This document shows positions 42,515 through 56,129 of a stretch of DNA of 64,000 bases, in pieces. The notes under the pieces are model-generated. The model saw nothing but the letters and a program-made list of their open reading frames with translations, ran no database searches and was not told the origin of the DNA. Positions within the stretch are counted from its first letter, which is position 1. Every line of letters begins with the position of its first letter. The translations under genes were made by a program, and so were the position numbers. The stretch is from the human T2T-CHM13v2.0 reference genome, Homo sapiens, in the NCBI RefSeq assembly GCF_009914755.1, contig NC_060932.1, one strand, 5' to 3'.

Positions 42515-43019
42515 ATATCAATAGATATTGATATCAATTATTTTTATCATAATTTATTCAGATTTTCTTAGTTTTCACCTTTGTCTTCCAGGAGCCCATC
42601 CTGGATACCACACTACATTTATTCATTATGGCTCCTTAGGTTCCACTTAGCTGCAATGTTTTCTCAGACTTCCTTTGTTTTGGACAGCCTTGTCAACTTT
42701 GAGTAATACTAGCAGGGATACTGATGTTTTCCTAAGTACCAGACTGGCGTTCTAGGTTTAGTAAGGAAGTTCACAGAGGTAAAGTGCTATGCATGATATC
42801 AAGTATACATATTATCAACATGACTTTACACCATTGATGTTGACCTTGATCACTGGGCTGAGGTAGTGTTGTCAGATTACTCCGCCTGAACATCATTGAC
42901 TTTTCCCCTTTCCATTCTGTACTGTTTGGGAGGAGCTCATTATACACAGTTCACACTTAAGGAGTCAGGAATTACTGTCCACCCACTGGAGGGTGAAATA
43001 TCTACATAAATTAATTGAA

Positions 43020-43312
43020 TTTTTTTTTCTTGAGATGAAGTCTTACTCTGTGGGCCATGCTGGAGTGCAGTAGCACGATCTCAGCTCACTACAACCTCTG
43101 CCTCCCAGGTTCAAGTGATTCTCCTGCCTCAGTCTCTTGAGTAGCTGGGATTACAAGCACATGCCACCACGCCCAGCAAATTTTTGTATTTTTAGTAGAG
43201 ACAGGGTGTCACCATATTGGCAAGGCTGGTCTCTAACTCCTGACCTCAAGTGATCCTCCCACCTCAGCCTCCCAAAGTGCTGGGATTACAGGCGTGAGCC
43301 ACCATGCCTGGA
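43020..43312 (-). mobile_element. AluS
   Basis: Full reverse Alu. Confidence 0.96.
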
Positions 43313-44189
43313 TGGAATTCTTTTGTATGGCAGATCTATTTCTTCTATCCCATTTATTTATTTATTAATTCATTTATTTACATCAATATAGGCTTATGGA
43401 TATTCATTTTATACTTTGGGTTACCATCCAATATGACTTCACTTTGTTGCTTAAATTGTTCCAGCTTTGGCCACTGACTTCTGTGCCCCTCTGACGTTTC
43501 CCATCAGTGTGGGATTTTTTTTTTTAAGCACTTCCTTACTTTCTGGAACGACATGATTCTCCAGGCTTATCTTGCATATTTTCTGCTTCAACATTAGGCA
43601 ACCAGTTCTTCAAGGAGCTATGACTCTTTTAATTGGGGAACAGAACAAAAGCCAAGACCTGAGTGCTAAGTGTGATTGTTACTATTGGGGTGCCCTTGCT
43701 TCTAGAGCTTCTCAGCTGATAAAGTAAAGAAATTTATGTGTGTATACTAACTTGTGCCTGCGCACCTATCTATAAATATTTCTATATGTAAACTTCTGTG
43801 TCTACATTAAGCTAAACATGAGTACATTTTGGTGTTTCCAAGTCTAATATATTACCACCTGGTTAGTCTAGCCTATTCCCCTTGTTTTTTTCTGTAAAAT
43901 CCTACACCAAAGTGAGAAACATGGCTTCTACCTTCCTCTATCCATTCACATAATTATTAAATTCTATTGTATGCTTGTAGCTGAACAAAATTTTTAACCC
44001 ATATTGCTGTAGGAAAGACACTTTATCAACTAGAGAGTTTGAGTTTATGTGCAGTTCCTCTTCCTTTTAGACTTACAGACTCCACTCATTTCCAAAATTA
44101 CTGTTAACCACTTTTACCTTCAGTGAGGTTGTAGTGTACATTTGTGATATAGTTATATTCTTTTGGAACAGCCTGCATTCCATCCTGTG

Positions 44190-45600
44190 ATAAATATGTA
44201 TTGCAAACTCTAAAGAAACCTTTTTAAAATGACTAAAAAGAAGATTAAAGATGCAGTGATGCGGGAAATCAGTAAGGATATAAAATCAGTAATTTGACCT
44301 GAACAGCACTATCAATCAATTTGTTCTAATTGACATGTATAGACTATTCCATCCAACAACAGCAGTATACACATTCTGCTCAACCTCACCTGGAACATTC
44401 ATCAAGTAGACCATATTCTGGGCCATAACATTTATCTTAACAAATTCAAAAGCGTGGCAATCACTTTGAGGAACTTGTCCAGAGGGTATAAGGAAAGGAC
44501 AAACAAATGAAATATAGAAATGATAGAAAAAGTGAAATAAAGAGAAGACATTGTAATGTTAATGTCCATAAAATAGAAATACAAGAAGCATTAAAAAATA
44601 AATAAATCAAGGATAGAAAATATTTGAAGAATATTGTATTCAAATATATCTTATAATTTTTGAAATTATAAAAGCATTAAGAACCCAAATTTGAGGGTTT
44701 CATAAATGGTTAACAAAATAAAGAAAATAATCCTTTACCTAGCTACATTATTGCAAATTTTAGGACATAAAAGGCAAAGAGAACAAAACAAAACATTCAA
44801 GGAGGGAAAAAGAAACAAGTATTCAATTGTTATATTTCTCACCAGTTATGGTGGATACATGAAGATAATACGTTACTAAAGAAAAAGTGCTTTAAACCTG
44901 GGAATTTATATTTTATTAAAATATAAAATATTATTTAAATGTGAAAATGAAACAAATTTATTTTTAGTTTGACCACTTAAGATGTGCTTTGAAAATACCA
45001 TTGAAGATGGGATATCCATAAAATGGAATATTATTCAGCAATAAAAACTCATGAGTTATCAAGCCACAAGAAACATGGAAGAACCTTAAATATACATTCC
45101 TAAGTGGCAGAAGCCAGTCTGAAAAGGCTGTATGATTGCAGCCCCACGACCTTCTGGGAAAGGGAAGACCATAGAGACAATAAAAAAGATCAGTGGTTGT
45201 CAAGGATTCAGGGACTGGTTGAGGATGGAGAGGGCAGTGGATGGGGAGGGAAATGGGTAGAACACAGGGCATATTGAGGGCAGTGAAACTATTTTGTATG
45301 AGACTGTTATGGTGGATACATTGCATCATGCATTTGTGAAAACTCATAAAAGTGCACAACACCGAGAGTGAAATCTAATGTAAACTATGACCTTTAATTA
45401 GTAATAATGTATCAGTGTTGGTTCAGCACTTGTCACAAGTGCACCACACTAATGCAAGATGTGAATAATAGGGAAAAACTCGGGAGGGTGGGGGCTGGGG
45501 GAAGGTGTAGAAGGAATACATGAGAACTCTGTGCTTTTGGTTCAACTTTTCTATAAATCTAATACTGTTTAAAAAATTAAAGTCTGTTGATTAAAAAAAA
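44190..45600 (+). mobile_element. Old L1 fragments (EN-region piece, ORF1-like piece, L1MC-like 3' end)
   Basis: ccaacaacagcagtatacacattctg...gaccatattctgggccataa (ORF2 EN region); 45000-45600 is an L1MC-type 3' UTR (aatgtaaactatgacctttaattag). Confidence 0.8.
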
Positions 45601-45999
45601 TTACACCCCAGAAAGAAAATATATCCAGGAGAACCCAGGAAAATATGGGAAGTATGGATGAGAAAACTATCAAAGCTATCAGTAAGGTATATTACTTATA
45701 AATAAACAAGAAACAAAAGAGAAAAAGCATACACAAAACAATCCAGACTAACAATTCTCAAAGACAGAAATGTGGTGTGGTGGGAAAAATGGGATGGAGA
45801 GTGTGAACAAAGTCATGATGAGACCTCACAGAGGCAAAAATGTACTAGGATACTTGTCTTGGGGGCAATATAAAATCATGTATATAATTTAAGGGTAATT
45901 AATACAAGTGTTCATTTAATACAGTGGGAATAACTAAGGAAAAATAGAATTTGAGAATATAATTCCCAAACCAGAAGAAGAAAATTTGGTATGACCAAT

Positions 46000-46160
46000 G
46001 AAAGGAAGAAAAGAAAAGAAGGAAAAAAAGAAAGGAAGAAAACATATAGAGAAGGAATAGAAAGGGAAAGAGGAAGAAATAAAGGAAAAAGGGAAGGGAG
46101 GAAGAAAGAAGGGAGGGAGGATGGAAGAGAGGAAGGAAGGAGGGAGGGAGAGAGGGAAAG
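46000..46160. repeat. GA-rich low-complexity tract
   Basis: (GGAA/GAAA/GGGA)n mixture. Confidence 0.9.
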
Positions 46161-46618
46161 CCAAAACAGGCAAGGAATGATGAGAAGGATGGGTAGCTGT
46201 TCTGTGGATTGTGTGAGTTAAGGGGAAGGAAGTGGTGGGACTTAACATCAGCTCCATATGCTACAGAGTCAAGTATCCTCACATATTCTTACATTTTCCC
46301 TGAAGTTATATATTGAGAGCCAGTGGAAGACATCGTAGAAATTCCCTGGTCTATTTTGTGAATGTGTCTTGTAGTACATAGATAATTACATGTGAGCCAT
46401 TCCTATAAAAAGGTTTAGATTGGTCAAGGATGAAAGAAAAAGAGACTTGCAGGTGGAAAACAAAAAGGGCAATAAATTAAATCTTTCAAAATAATAATTG
46501 CTGAAAAATAGTCATCTTAAGAACCTCATATAACTACTAGTTTAAAATATTGCCATCCAGTTATTGAAAAAAGCAATTTTTCACATCAAGAATTTTTATT
46601 TATCTTAAAATATTTCAG

Positions 46619-46724
46619 AGGCAATTGGTGTTATGCTTTAGACACTTGACTGACAGTAAAAGTTTACTATAATAATTCAAATGCCTCTTCAAAGTGGATG
46701 AACAGAAACAAAACGTTCAGCGAG
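46619..46724 (+). ncRNA. Candidate non-coding exon (106 nt)
   Basis: Acceptor ...aaaatatttcag| and consensus donor gag|gtgagt; stops in all frames. Confidence 0.25.
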
Positions 46725-47328
46725 GTGAGTGTTAAATTATTATTATTTAGTGGGAAAATGACCTGAACTATTTTCTTTGGTTGCTGTTACATAATCCATA
46801 ATCTGATATCAGTTCCATTTTGTTGTTTGTATTTGTGCTTGAACTTTCAATACAATAGAGGTCACTAATGGAAGCCTAAAAAAGAATTTTTATTTGACTT
46901 TTGGTTCATTAGAAGTTTCTTTGTTCTAGTTATTTTCCTTAGCAGAGTGAATTTCTCTCACTTTCTCACTATTTGTCCAATTTACTACCTAAGCCTGGAT
47001 GTTTGTCTTTTCATACTCTGGAAACATGGACAAAGACAAAACATAGGGAGTTTCGAGGCATTATTCAATAACTACCTAGAGAATAATGGCTCTATTTTAT
47101 ATGATCTAACTTGGTCACTTGAATGGGTCATATTTCTCCAATATTCACAGAACCACCTAAGTTGTTTTTGGTTGTGTGGACATAGATCAGATTGCCTTTG
47201 AATCATGATTTGTAGATGTAAACACTATTTATTAGTTGTAAAAACTTTATATTATCTTTAACAGCCTGGCCAAAAGGTCATTATTGTTTAGGCCTTCTGC
47301 CTTCCAGAAAGAGTATGACTAAAACAGA

Positions 47329-47948
47329 TGTATTGGGCAGAATTTCCAGAAATACCCCACCACCCCCAATTTCACAGGGCTAATATCCAGAATCTGTGAA
47401 TGTGATGTCTTTTCATTCCCATGATTGTCTTATGTGATATGACGTAGTTGACCCTGAAAGGGTAGGGTATTCCTGGCAGACCTAATCTAATCACAGAAGC
47501 TGTTCAAAGCAGAGAAATTTCTCGTGCTAGTGACAGAAGACGAAAGCATCAGGGAAAGTCAGAGGAATTCAAAGTGTATAAAGGACTTGAGCTGTTGCTG
47601 GTTTGAATACAGAGGAGCCACATGAGAAGGAAGGTGGGTAGCCATGGGTTGCTGAGAGAGAGATTCACAGCTGAGCATCAGCAAAGGAACCTGGAGCTCA
47701 GACCTAGAGCCACAAAGAACTGGATTCTGCCAACAACCTGAATGATCTTGAAAGTGGTTTCTTCCCCCACATTCTCCAGATTAGAGCCCAGTAAGCCATC
47801 ACCTTGACTTTGACCTTGTGATAACTTGACCAAACCTAGCTAAGCTGGCCAGGACTTCTGACCCACAGAACTGTGAAATAATACATGGGTGTTGTTTTAA
47901 GCCATTGAGCTCTGGTAATCAGTAATATAGAGGCAGACAATAAATATA
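47329..47948 (+). mobile_element. MLT1 (MLT1E-like) MaLR LTR
   Basis: tgtattgggcagaatt...aagaactggattctgccaacaacctgaatga...gacttctgacccacagaactgtgaaataata. Confidence 0.88.
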
Positions 47949-50346
47949 GCATCTAAAACCAGTAGCTGTTTATTTTGAGATGTCAAAGAGGATCCCATTC
48001 TGGTGTTTGATATTTCAGAGTGCCAGGCCATTTTTCCTCACATCCCACTGACATTCCTCTTGTTTTGATTTAAATGAATAGTCTCCCTTAGATGTCCCAG
48101 ACAGGATTATAAGTCTCTTTCCTTAAAAGTTTCAGTTGTTAAGATATGTAGCATAAAATTGTATACTATAATGGATCTTGTAAATCTAACCATTTGCTAA
48201 GGTAACACAGGTTGTAGGAAGCAAATCTGGTACTAGAAGCCAAGATGAAGGATTTTCAACCTAGTGACCTTTCTACTCAAAAGCCATACTGGCTCTGACC
48301 TTCATATTTTAATTGATCAGGCAAATAATCTCAAATCCTCCAACTTTGTTTGATTATTTGGCTAATTCTGCTCAGAATCCTCTCTAAATATCTACTGGAG
48401 GCAGGGACATTAACTGAATTTGAAAAGCAATATTATGGTAAGACTCTCTCTAATAATACCATAAAATACCATAGCAAGGTTGTTTTTAACAGATAATTAA
48501 ATGAAGTCCAAAGGAAATAACTAGCTTGCCCAAGGTTACTCTTTGCAATTGAGAAAACTGAGGCTTGAATAGGTGTAATTATTCATTCAAATGTCCTCGG
48601 CCAGTTCATGGCAGAGATAGAAAGTCGATCCACATCTCTTGATTTCCAATTCTTTTTTTACACTGAGCTATGTCAATATGTCAATTCTATAGGGTTTGCC
48701 CTCAGATTAGTTTGAGAAATAAAGTATATTCACAGCCTCTGTGTTTTCAGTGTACTACCAGCTGGGATATCTATGACTTAGTTCCAAGCTGTGATATTCT
48801 CTGGGACTACAAATTTTTAAGAGCCATTTTAAAATTGGCTAGAAGGCAAATCTAGGGTGCCCATAATGACTGTACCCAGCCCTGCTATGAGTGACTGCAC
48901 TGTGATTTATTCCCTACTCAGTGCCCATCCCCCACTCCAAAGCCCTACAGGATTTAGGAAAAACTGCTGGAAGAAATGCTACATCATGAAAGCTTAAAAA
49001 GGCTCAGGGAACACCACACTTGAATCAGTATAGGTGGGACTGGTATATTTCTTTTGCTATTTCATTATCCATTTTGCAGTTCTTATAAAAAATGAGTCTG
49101 TTGATGTAGTCTTCTGAAGCATTAAGATATATGCTATTTCTGCAGTGAACAGGCTGCTTAGTGAAGAAGAGTGTCGGCTCACTTTTGTTCTTTCATATAT
49201 TTATTAGAGTACGCTTTCCCAGAGTGTCGATTGCATGACTTTATTGAAGCTAGTTTGAACTCAGACTTTCCCCCACTGAATCTGAGATCCACTGAGGCCC
49301 AGACACCAAGGAGCTGTTACACATGTATAACTATTCCATTCACACCTCTTCAGGAGTTTCAAACAAGTTTAATTATAAGAGAAACAAAAGAAAGCACTTC
49401 TTCTTTGCCACTGCTAGGAAAAAAAATTGCTTTGCTTGGAAATCAATTCATTGTAAGCTTTAATCTGCCTAGTTCGGTTTCTCAGAATGAATATTTCAAA
49501 TATTAAATATTTTCTTGAGTAGAATGTATAGTACATATTTTATACTAATATCCATGTGTGTGTTAGACAATTAAGAAGACTGGAGTGTTTTCCAAAAACT
49601 TGAAAAGTTTTCGGTGACTCGTAATACAGAAGTGACATTTTTATTTGAGAACAATTTACCAGATTATGTCAAGTTCATTATTGGTATGATACTAATTATC
49701 CTTAGGATAAATTGGAAAGGGGAACCCTCTGCTAGTTTTCTGAAGAGCTGCGTAAGCCTGATGAAATGTCTTTTCTCTTTCTGTGACTCAAAGCTCCAGA
49801 AAAATCTGCAAAGTTGAATATCACTTGTGCCTGCTAATCTTGTGTCATAGTTATTTTCTATCACTGTCATAATGTCAGAGAAGCACTGGGAAAATCTGCA
49901 CATCACTCATCTCTCCTTCTTCACCCTTATCCAGGTATATCCACATATATCCAAACATCCAGAAGGTCACAGGTGGGATATTTTTGAAGATGTACTCACT
50001 TCAGCACAGGTGAACCTGTTGATGACTTCCAGGTCTAAATATGGTGACCTTAGTCACACTGGTTATTTTTAGGGAGCTTCCTCTGACTCTCTTATAAACT
50101 CAAGATGATAAATGCAATCTACCTGTAAGATTCTTGAGAAATTTGTGTTGTATAATATGACCGTATATGATCCCAGTAGTTGTGTAGAACTTGATAGGAA
50201 CCACAGTAAGTATCACCTCTCCTTGCTTCCATCATTCCCCTACTCCAACAGTTTCATCTTCCTCTTCTGTTTCTAGTGAATAAAACATAGTCTGCTGATT
50301 TTAAGGTATATTCCATTCCCAGTTGTATACACAATGGTTAACTTTA

Positions 50347-50645
50347 CATTCGTGCAATCAGTCAGCCAACATTTGAGTGTGTACTCTATGTCAGATGCTG
50401 TTTTAGGTGCTAGGGGCCCAGCAGTGAACAAAACAGGCCATTGCTGTGCTGGAAGTAAAATTCTAGTTGGGGGAGACATAAAATAAGGAAATAAATAAGT
50501 ATATAATATAAGGTAATATATACAAATGAAAAAAATAAAGCAGGAAAGAGGGTAGGGTTTTGGGGGGAAGAGGATGTTAAAAAGTTCTAATGGTCTAGGT
50601 ATGGCTCATTGACATAGTGACCTTTGAGCAAAATCGTGAAGGTGA
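50347..50645 (-). mobile_element. L2 3' end
   Basis: caacatttgagtgtgtactctatgtcagatgctgttttaggtgctagggg...cagtgaacaaaacag. Confidence 0.8.
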
Positions 50646-53639
50646 AGGAGCTTTACTCTTTGAATCAGGATGTCAGGTCTTAGTTTAGACTCTTCAGACT
50701 AGATCTTAGCCATTGTTTATAGATTTGCTTAAATGTCTAATTCTTTTTCAGCTGATTATGTTGGAGTTTATTGTTCCTAATGACCAATATGCTCTACCAA
50801 TGTCAGAGGCCTGATTGACTTTTGAGGGACAATGACTGCTCCAGTTTATGCACTTTCTCTCCCCCCAGCCCTCCCATCCCTCCCATCCTCCTCTGCCTAC
50901 CCTCCCCACCCCACTCACTTTTTGGGGTTCCTTTGTCAGCTGTGTATTATGGCAAGGATCGACATTTTCTTGACATTCATTGTAGAGAAGGTGATGTAAT
51001 CTCTCCTTGGAGGGTGGTCACCTGCTGCTTGCAGGCTGAGCTAAAAGCAGATTCTCTCAATGACAGGTATGACTGCATTTCCTGGGCACCTTCAGCAAAC
51101 AAGGCTCTTGCAACAATAGCTTGCGTCTTATTCTTAATTACTTCATACCCCAAATTAGGTGGGCTAAATATCTTTTTGTTGTCACAGAATGGAAAGCACA
51201 TCATAATTAGTGTAAAACAAATATCCTCATAGGGTCCAACATGCAGTATCCTAAAAGAAAACGAAGTAAACAATTTATGTATTTTGTAATATACATGGAA
51301 TATGCCATTAGGTTGTTTTGCAAACCCATGTAGGTGATCCTGGTAGATTAGATTTACAATATATCTTTCCTTTCACTTCATTCTCTCCATCCTCTATCCA
51401 TTAATTTTTCTTACATCTAGAAATAGGGCACTAAAGAAAACTACAGTATACAGTTCCTGCTTTCTCTGAAATCAACTATTAACTTCAGGCAAGTGGAACA
51501 CATACTTGGTACATTACTTTTTTTTAAATCCCTGTATTGCATAATAGAAGAGAATGGTAATTTTTATCATGCCATTAATGTGATTCCTTTCTTTATTGCT
51601 TAAAGTGTCAATCAGTCAAATTGAAATGGGTTATTACTCTGTTATCTTCTTCATTTTAATTATTTGGCTCTCCCAGCATTACCCTTCATTACCTGTTCTC
51701 CAGAGGATTTGTTTTATCTGAAAATAATTTACTGCTTAACATCGATGCATTTTTCTGATATCGTTAGGTGGGCCTGGTGTTACATTTAGAGAGTTACCGT
51801 CATCAGAGTAAGAGGAAATATATACAGTGTTTTATCTTGCAGAACTTAATGTACCAAATCTGATGTCCTATAATGTTTCAGAGGGATGATACAAATCATT
51901 TGCAACTAGAAGCTGAATATTCAGCCTTGTCACAAGAATTCTCCCTTATTCAATTAGATTTTTTAGGTGTTTGCTTTAAAAAGTAATATCAGATTAGTAA
52001 TGGGGAAGCAATCTTTGAAATCATTGGTGGGCCAAACCATGATAATAAGATACAAAAGAGAAATGAATGGTGGGAAATGGCAGACACATTACACATAAAC
52101 ATTGTTTTGTTATGGCAAATCTCTACGGCTTCTCACCACGATGTCAGTACGGAAGTTTGAAAGAAAAATGTATGCGTCTCCCGTAGAGCCCATGAACTTG
52201 TTTTCTTTTGCATATTATAGAATCTGCAGGTGTTTTTCAAATGAGGACCACAAACATTCAAGTATTAGGTTTTCTTACAATGACAGCCAATTTAGCAAGC
52301 CCAAGGTTTTAGAGCATCCTTCAAGAGGCAGGTTCCATTTGCACGTTCATGTTCAATTCGCAAAGCAACAGCAGCAGCCTTTACGTATCCCACGATTAAC
52401 ACTTCAACCTCCAGCCCATTTTGTAAGGTTAGGCATTCATCAAAATGTCAGAATGATTACAGTACAGATCTAAAATCCCTTTTGTCAGACACTGGACTTT
52501 AATCCGCTCTTTTCTGTAGTCACGTCCTGTCACTTTTGCAGCTGACAATTATTGTTTTTGGTCAAAAAATTGTACCTTGCAATCAAAATGGCTTGTTATC
52601 CAAATTGATCTCTGATGCTACAAAATGTTTGTGGACAATTCTCCTGAGCACCACTCTCCCTCTCCTCCAGAGTTTACAGTTGAAATGGAAGCAATAGAAA
52701 GTCAGGAGAACAGGGTGGGGCTGAGGCATGCCTGGTCTTTTCACTGCTAGGCTTGGATGCCTAGGAAATTTACCTGGAGGCTTCTGAGTAACTGAACCTC
52801 TAAAAGATATTAAACGAGACTTTTTCACTATTTTATTCATAGTTTGTGCTTACTTTTAAGTGAGCTTTTGTTTTGGAATTAAACCCTGACAGTCAGTGGC
52901 AGCTAGAATCGCCACCTGTCAAAAGTAAGGTTTCCAGTAAACAAAATATTTACATATATCAAGTGTGAGAGAGACTGGGGAAAAATTTAATGGGCAAACA
53001 GAAATTCATAGAAGGCTACAAAGTCTTTCTTGACCAGTCTCACTTGTAGGTCTTAAGCCTAAGATGCCATATTACAGGTGGATCAGCTTCGGGAGGAAAG
53101 CAAGAGCTTTCTATTGGAAGCAAGCAAACCCCTCTTTGTGAGTTTCTTTGCATTTGAGGTTCTATAAATTTTGGAGCTAAAACAGTTAGTCCCTTATTTT
53201 TGTTTCACTGAAGCTGCTGAATGCTAATAGGTTATTGATGATGGTTTTATTTGCCAGCCATGAAAAATGCTTGGACAACAGGACATGCATGACAGTTAAT
53301 CTTTGTAGAGAGAAGATGAGCATCAGTGGCTGAATTAGGTGCGGAGGGTTGCAGATGATATTTAGGAACACAGTGACATCAAGGGAGAGGGTAGCCCATG
53401 GAACTGCTGGCCATAAATAGTTTTAGGCATACTAAAAATATCAGGAGAGGATAGGAGAGACTATGTGGAATTGCTTTACAAGAATGGCAGCTTCTTAAGA
53501 ATTATAATGAGATCAGAAGGTACAATGCTTTTCAGTACTTAGAGGTTTTTTTCTAGATGGAAATAAGCAAAAGTAGAGAATTACCAGGGTTTACATTTTG
53601 TCTCCATCATTTATAGCTAATTGAACATGGGAGAAAACG

Positions 53640-53780
53640 TAGCTTCCTTCTAAGGCTCAGCTTCCTCAACTGGAAAATTGGACTAAAAAAGAACCATACT
53701 TCAGAGTTGTTAACAGGATTAAATGAGATAATATATGTCAAGTGCCTAGCTCAATGTTTGGCACCTCAGCACATGCTCCA
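53640..53780 (+). mobile_element. MIR
   Basis: ctcagcttcctcaactggaaaattgg...ggattaaatgagataatatatg. Confidence 0.82.
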
Positions 53781-55041
53781 GAAGTGGTATCAATTATTAT
53801 TACATAACAGAGATAATATTTGGTGGGCTATGTGTATTTGTGAGTGAGAGGGAGAAAGATAACTGTTTTTTTTACGCATTTTTGTGAATGTATAACTTTC
53901 TCCCAACTCAGCTGAAGCATCCACCATGGAGAGAAGTGCTTCAGGACTGTTACCAGAGAAATTGAATGAGAAAGAGATGAAACCATTTTTTAACATCCCT
54001 AATGGGAATTTTCAGTGAATGGCTAGACAGTAGGCATAAAAGCCAAACTGTCATCAGGGAAGAGTCTTTATACAATCAATTATCAAGATGCCTGATGGAT
54101 AAACTAGACCACAAGTCCTGCAGGAGGACTTGCTGGGATGGATAAAGTAAGGAGGCAGTAGGTCATCCCTTCTGTTCTGAGGAATGTGAGAGGAGGACAG
54201 GAAGGTAGGAAGGGCAGAAGAGTCTTCCTTTGCAGACTGTATCCAAGACTGGAAAGAAATTTTAAATTAGTAAAATGAGATACCAGCAGCAGGAAGAGGA
54301 ACCACTTTGCTGACCAACCCTATACCCACTGGGTAAAGGGAGACAGAGCATCAAAGTGATCCCAGTGATGTCATGTAGATAGGCACAGAGAAAATGTTGG
54401 TGCTTAGCTTTCTTGAGCATGCCTGCTAATAACTGGCATGGATGGGACTGAAAAGTTCCTGGGTTGCCTAAATAAAATACAAAGGTGATAACTGCTAAGC
54501 TGTGCCAGTATGAAATGAAGGCAGGCCAAGGCCTCCACAGAGAACCACCAGCCCTGATTAAACTATAAGAGACTGGCCACCAGATTCCAGCATCAGATCC
54601 CAGGTAGGGCGCCATACAGGAGAGAACCTACACCAGGGACTGGCATGATCTCAGACTCCCATAGATTTGGAAACCCTGTCTGTCCACTACCCTATCATCT
54701 CAAAACTCACTACATTCTGTACACTCAGTGCAATCTTTGAGGGGAACAGAGAAAAGAGAGAAAATGGGAAATGATGGGATTAAGCTAAACTGACATGATA
54801 GACTAATCCTAATCCTATTCCCTCCCTATTCACCTCTGTCATCACCAGTGCCACACAGAAGGTGGGAGTCATGAGAAAGACACAATGCATTGTACATAAA
54901 AGGAAAAAAGCTGTGTCTTCACCAACTCGAAATAGGAAAAATTGTGACCCTGTGATGACAACTATTACAGCTGTCATAATAAAATCAAGATGATGGCTGT
55001 ATTTCTCAGGCCTCACATCACCTTTTCTTTTACAAATTATT

Positions 55042-55447
55042 TGAAATTTAAAGTAGTTTTTTCTAATTCTGTGAAGAAAGTCAATGGTAGCTTGATGGGG
55101 ATAGCATTGAATCTATAAATTACTTTGGGCAGTATGGCCATTTTCATGATATTGACTCTTCCTATCTATGAGCATGGGATGTTTTTCCATTTGTTTGTGT
55201 CCTCTTTTATTTCCTTGAGCAGTGGTTTGTAGTTCTCCTTGAAGAGGTTCTTCACGTCCCTTGTAAGTTGTATTCCTAGGTATTTTATTCTCTTTGAAGC
55301 AATTATGAATGGGAGCTCACTCATGATTTGGCTCTGTTTGTCTCTTATTGGTATATAGGAATGCTTGTGATTTTTGCACATTGATTTTGTATCCTGAGAC
55401 TTTGCTGAAGCTGCTTATCAGCTTAAGGAGATTTTGGTCTGAGATGA
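55042..55447 (-). mobile_element. Isolated internal L1PA ORF2 fragment
   Basis: Translation [42 protein letters not shown] matches L1 ORF2p just after the RT core. No 3' UTR or poly(A). Confidence 0.95.
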
Positions 55448-55673
55448 AAAATTCATCCTGCTAAAAATGCTTGATCTGGTAAGCCAAGTGCTAGAGAGAC
55501 TAGAGGAGCCAAGGAACACGTAGGTAGGGTGAGATAACAGAAGAATACCCAAGCTGAATTGAAAGGAGGAGGTGCAAAGAAGCTTGTGCATTGGATTAGG
55601 AAAAAATATAGACTTTGAACTCACAAGGACTTGATTTTTTTCCAATTTGTCGTCTCACTCTCTGCATAACCTC

Positions 55674-56129
55674 TATTATGAGTTGAATTTTGAGCCCCCC
55701 AACCCCCCCCCAAAAAAGATGTTGAAGTCTTAAATCCCAACACCTGTGAATGTGACCTTAATTGGAAATAAGGTCTTTGCAGATGATCATCTTAAGATGA
55801 GGTGATTAGGATATATCCTAATACCACATGAATGTATCTGTGTATAAAGGGGAAATCTGAACACAGAGACAGACAAGTCCAAAGAGGATGAAGGCAGTGA
55901 TCAAGGTGATCCAGCTACAAGCCAAGGAACACCAAAGATTGCCAGCAAATCAACAGAAGCCAGGAGAGAGGCCTGAACAGATTCTCCCTCACAGCATGCA
56001 AAAGGAACGAACCCTGCCAACACCTTGATTTCAGACTTCTGACCTCTAGAGCTGCAGGATGATAAATTTCTGTTGTTTAGGCCACCCAGTCTGTAGTGCT
56101 TGTAATGTCAGCCCCAGCAAACAAATACA
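55674..56129 (+). mobile_element. MLT1B/C-like MaLR LTR
   Basis: gaatgtgaccttaattggaaataaggtctttgcagatg...ccctgccaacaccttgatttcagacttc...aaataca; TSD acctc/gcctc. Confidence 0.92.

Larger units (their letters stand above)
41985..44185 (-). mobile_element. Old L1 (L1MC/L1MD-like) 3' region, interrupted by THE1 and Alu
   Basis: caatttcagatatacagaaaaattgtgaagatactacag... is typical of a reverse L1M 3' UTR. Confidence 0.75.

Noticed and set aside
45899-46282. Phe/Leu/Ser-rich and Arg/Glu/Gly-rich ORFs
   Set aside because: Translations of the GA-rich low-complexity tract.
52908-52925. Possible CTCF site (reverse TGACAGGTGGCG)
   Set aside because: Only the 3' half of the motif matches; better explained as an overlapping E-box and TALE site.
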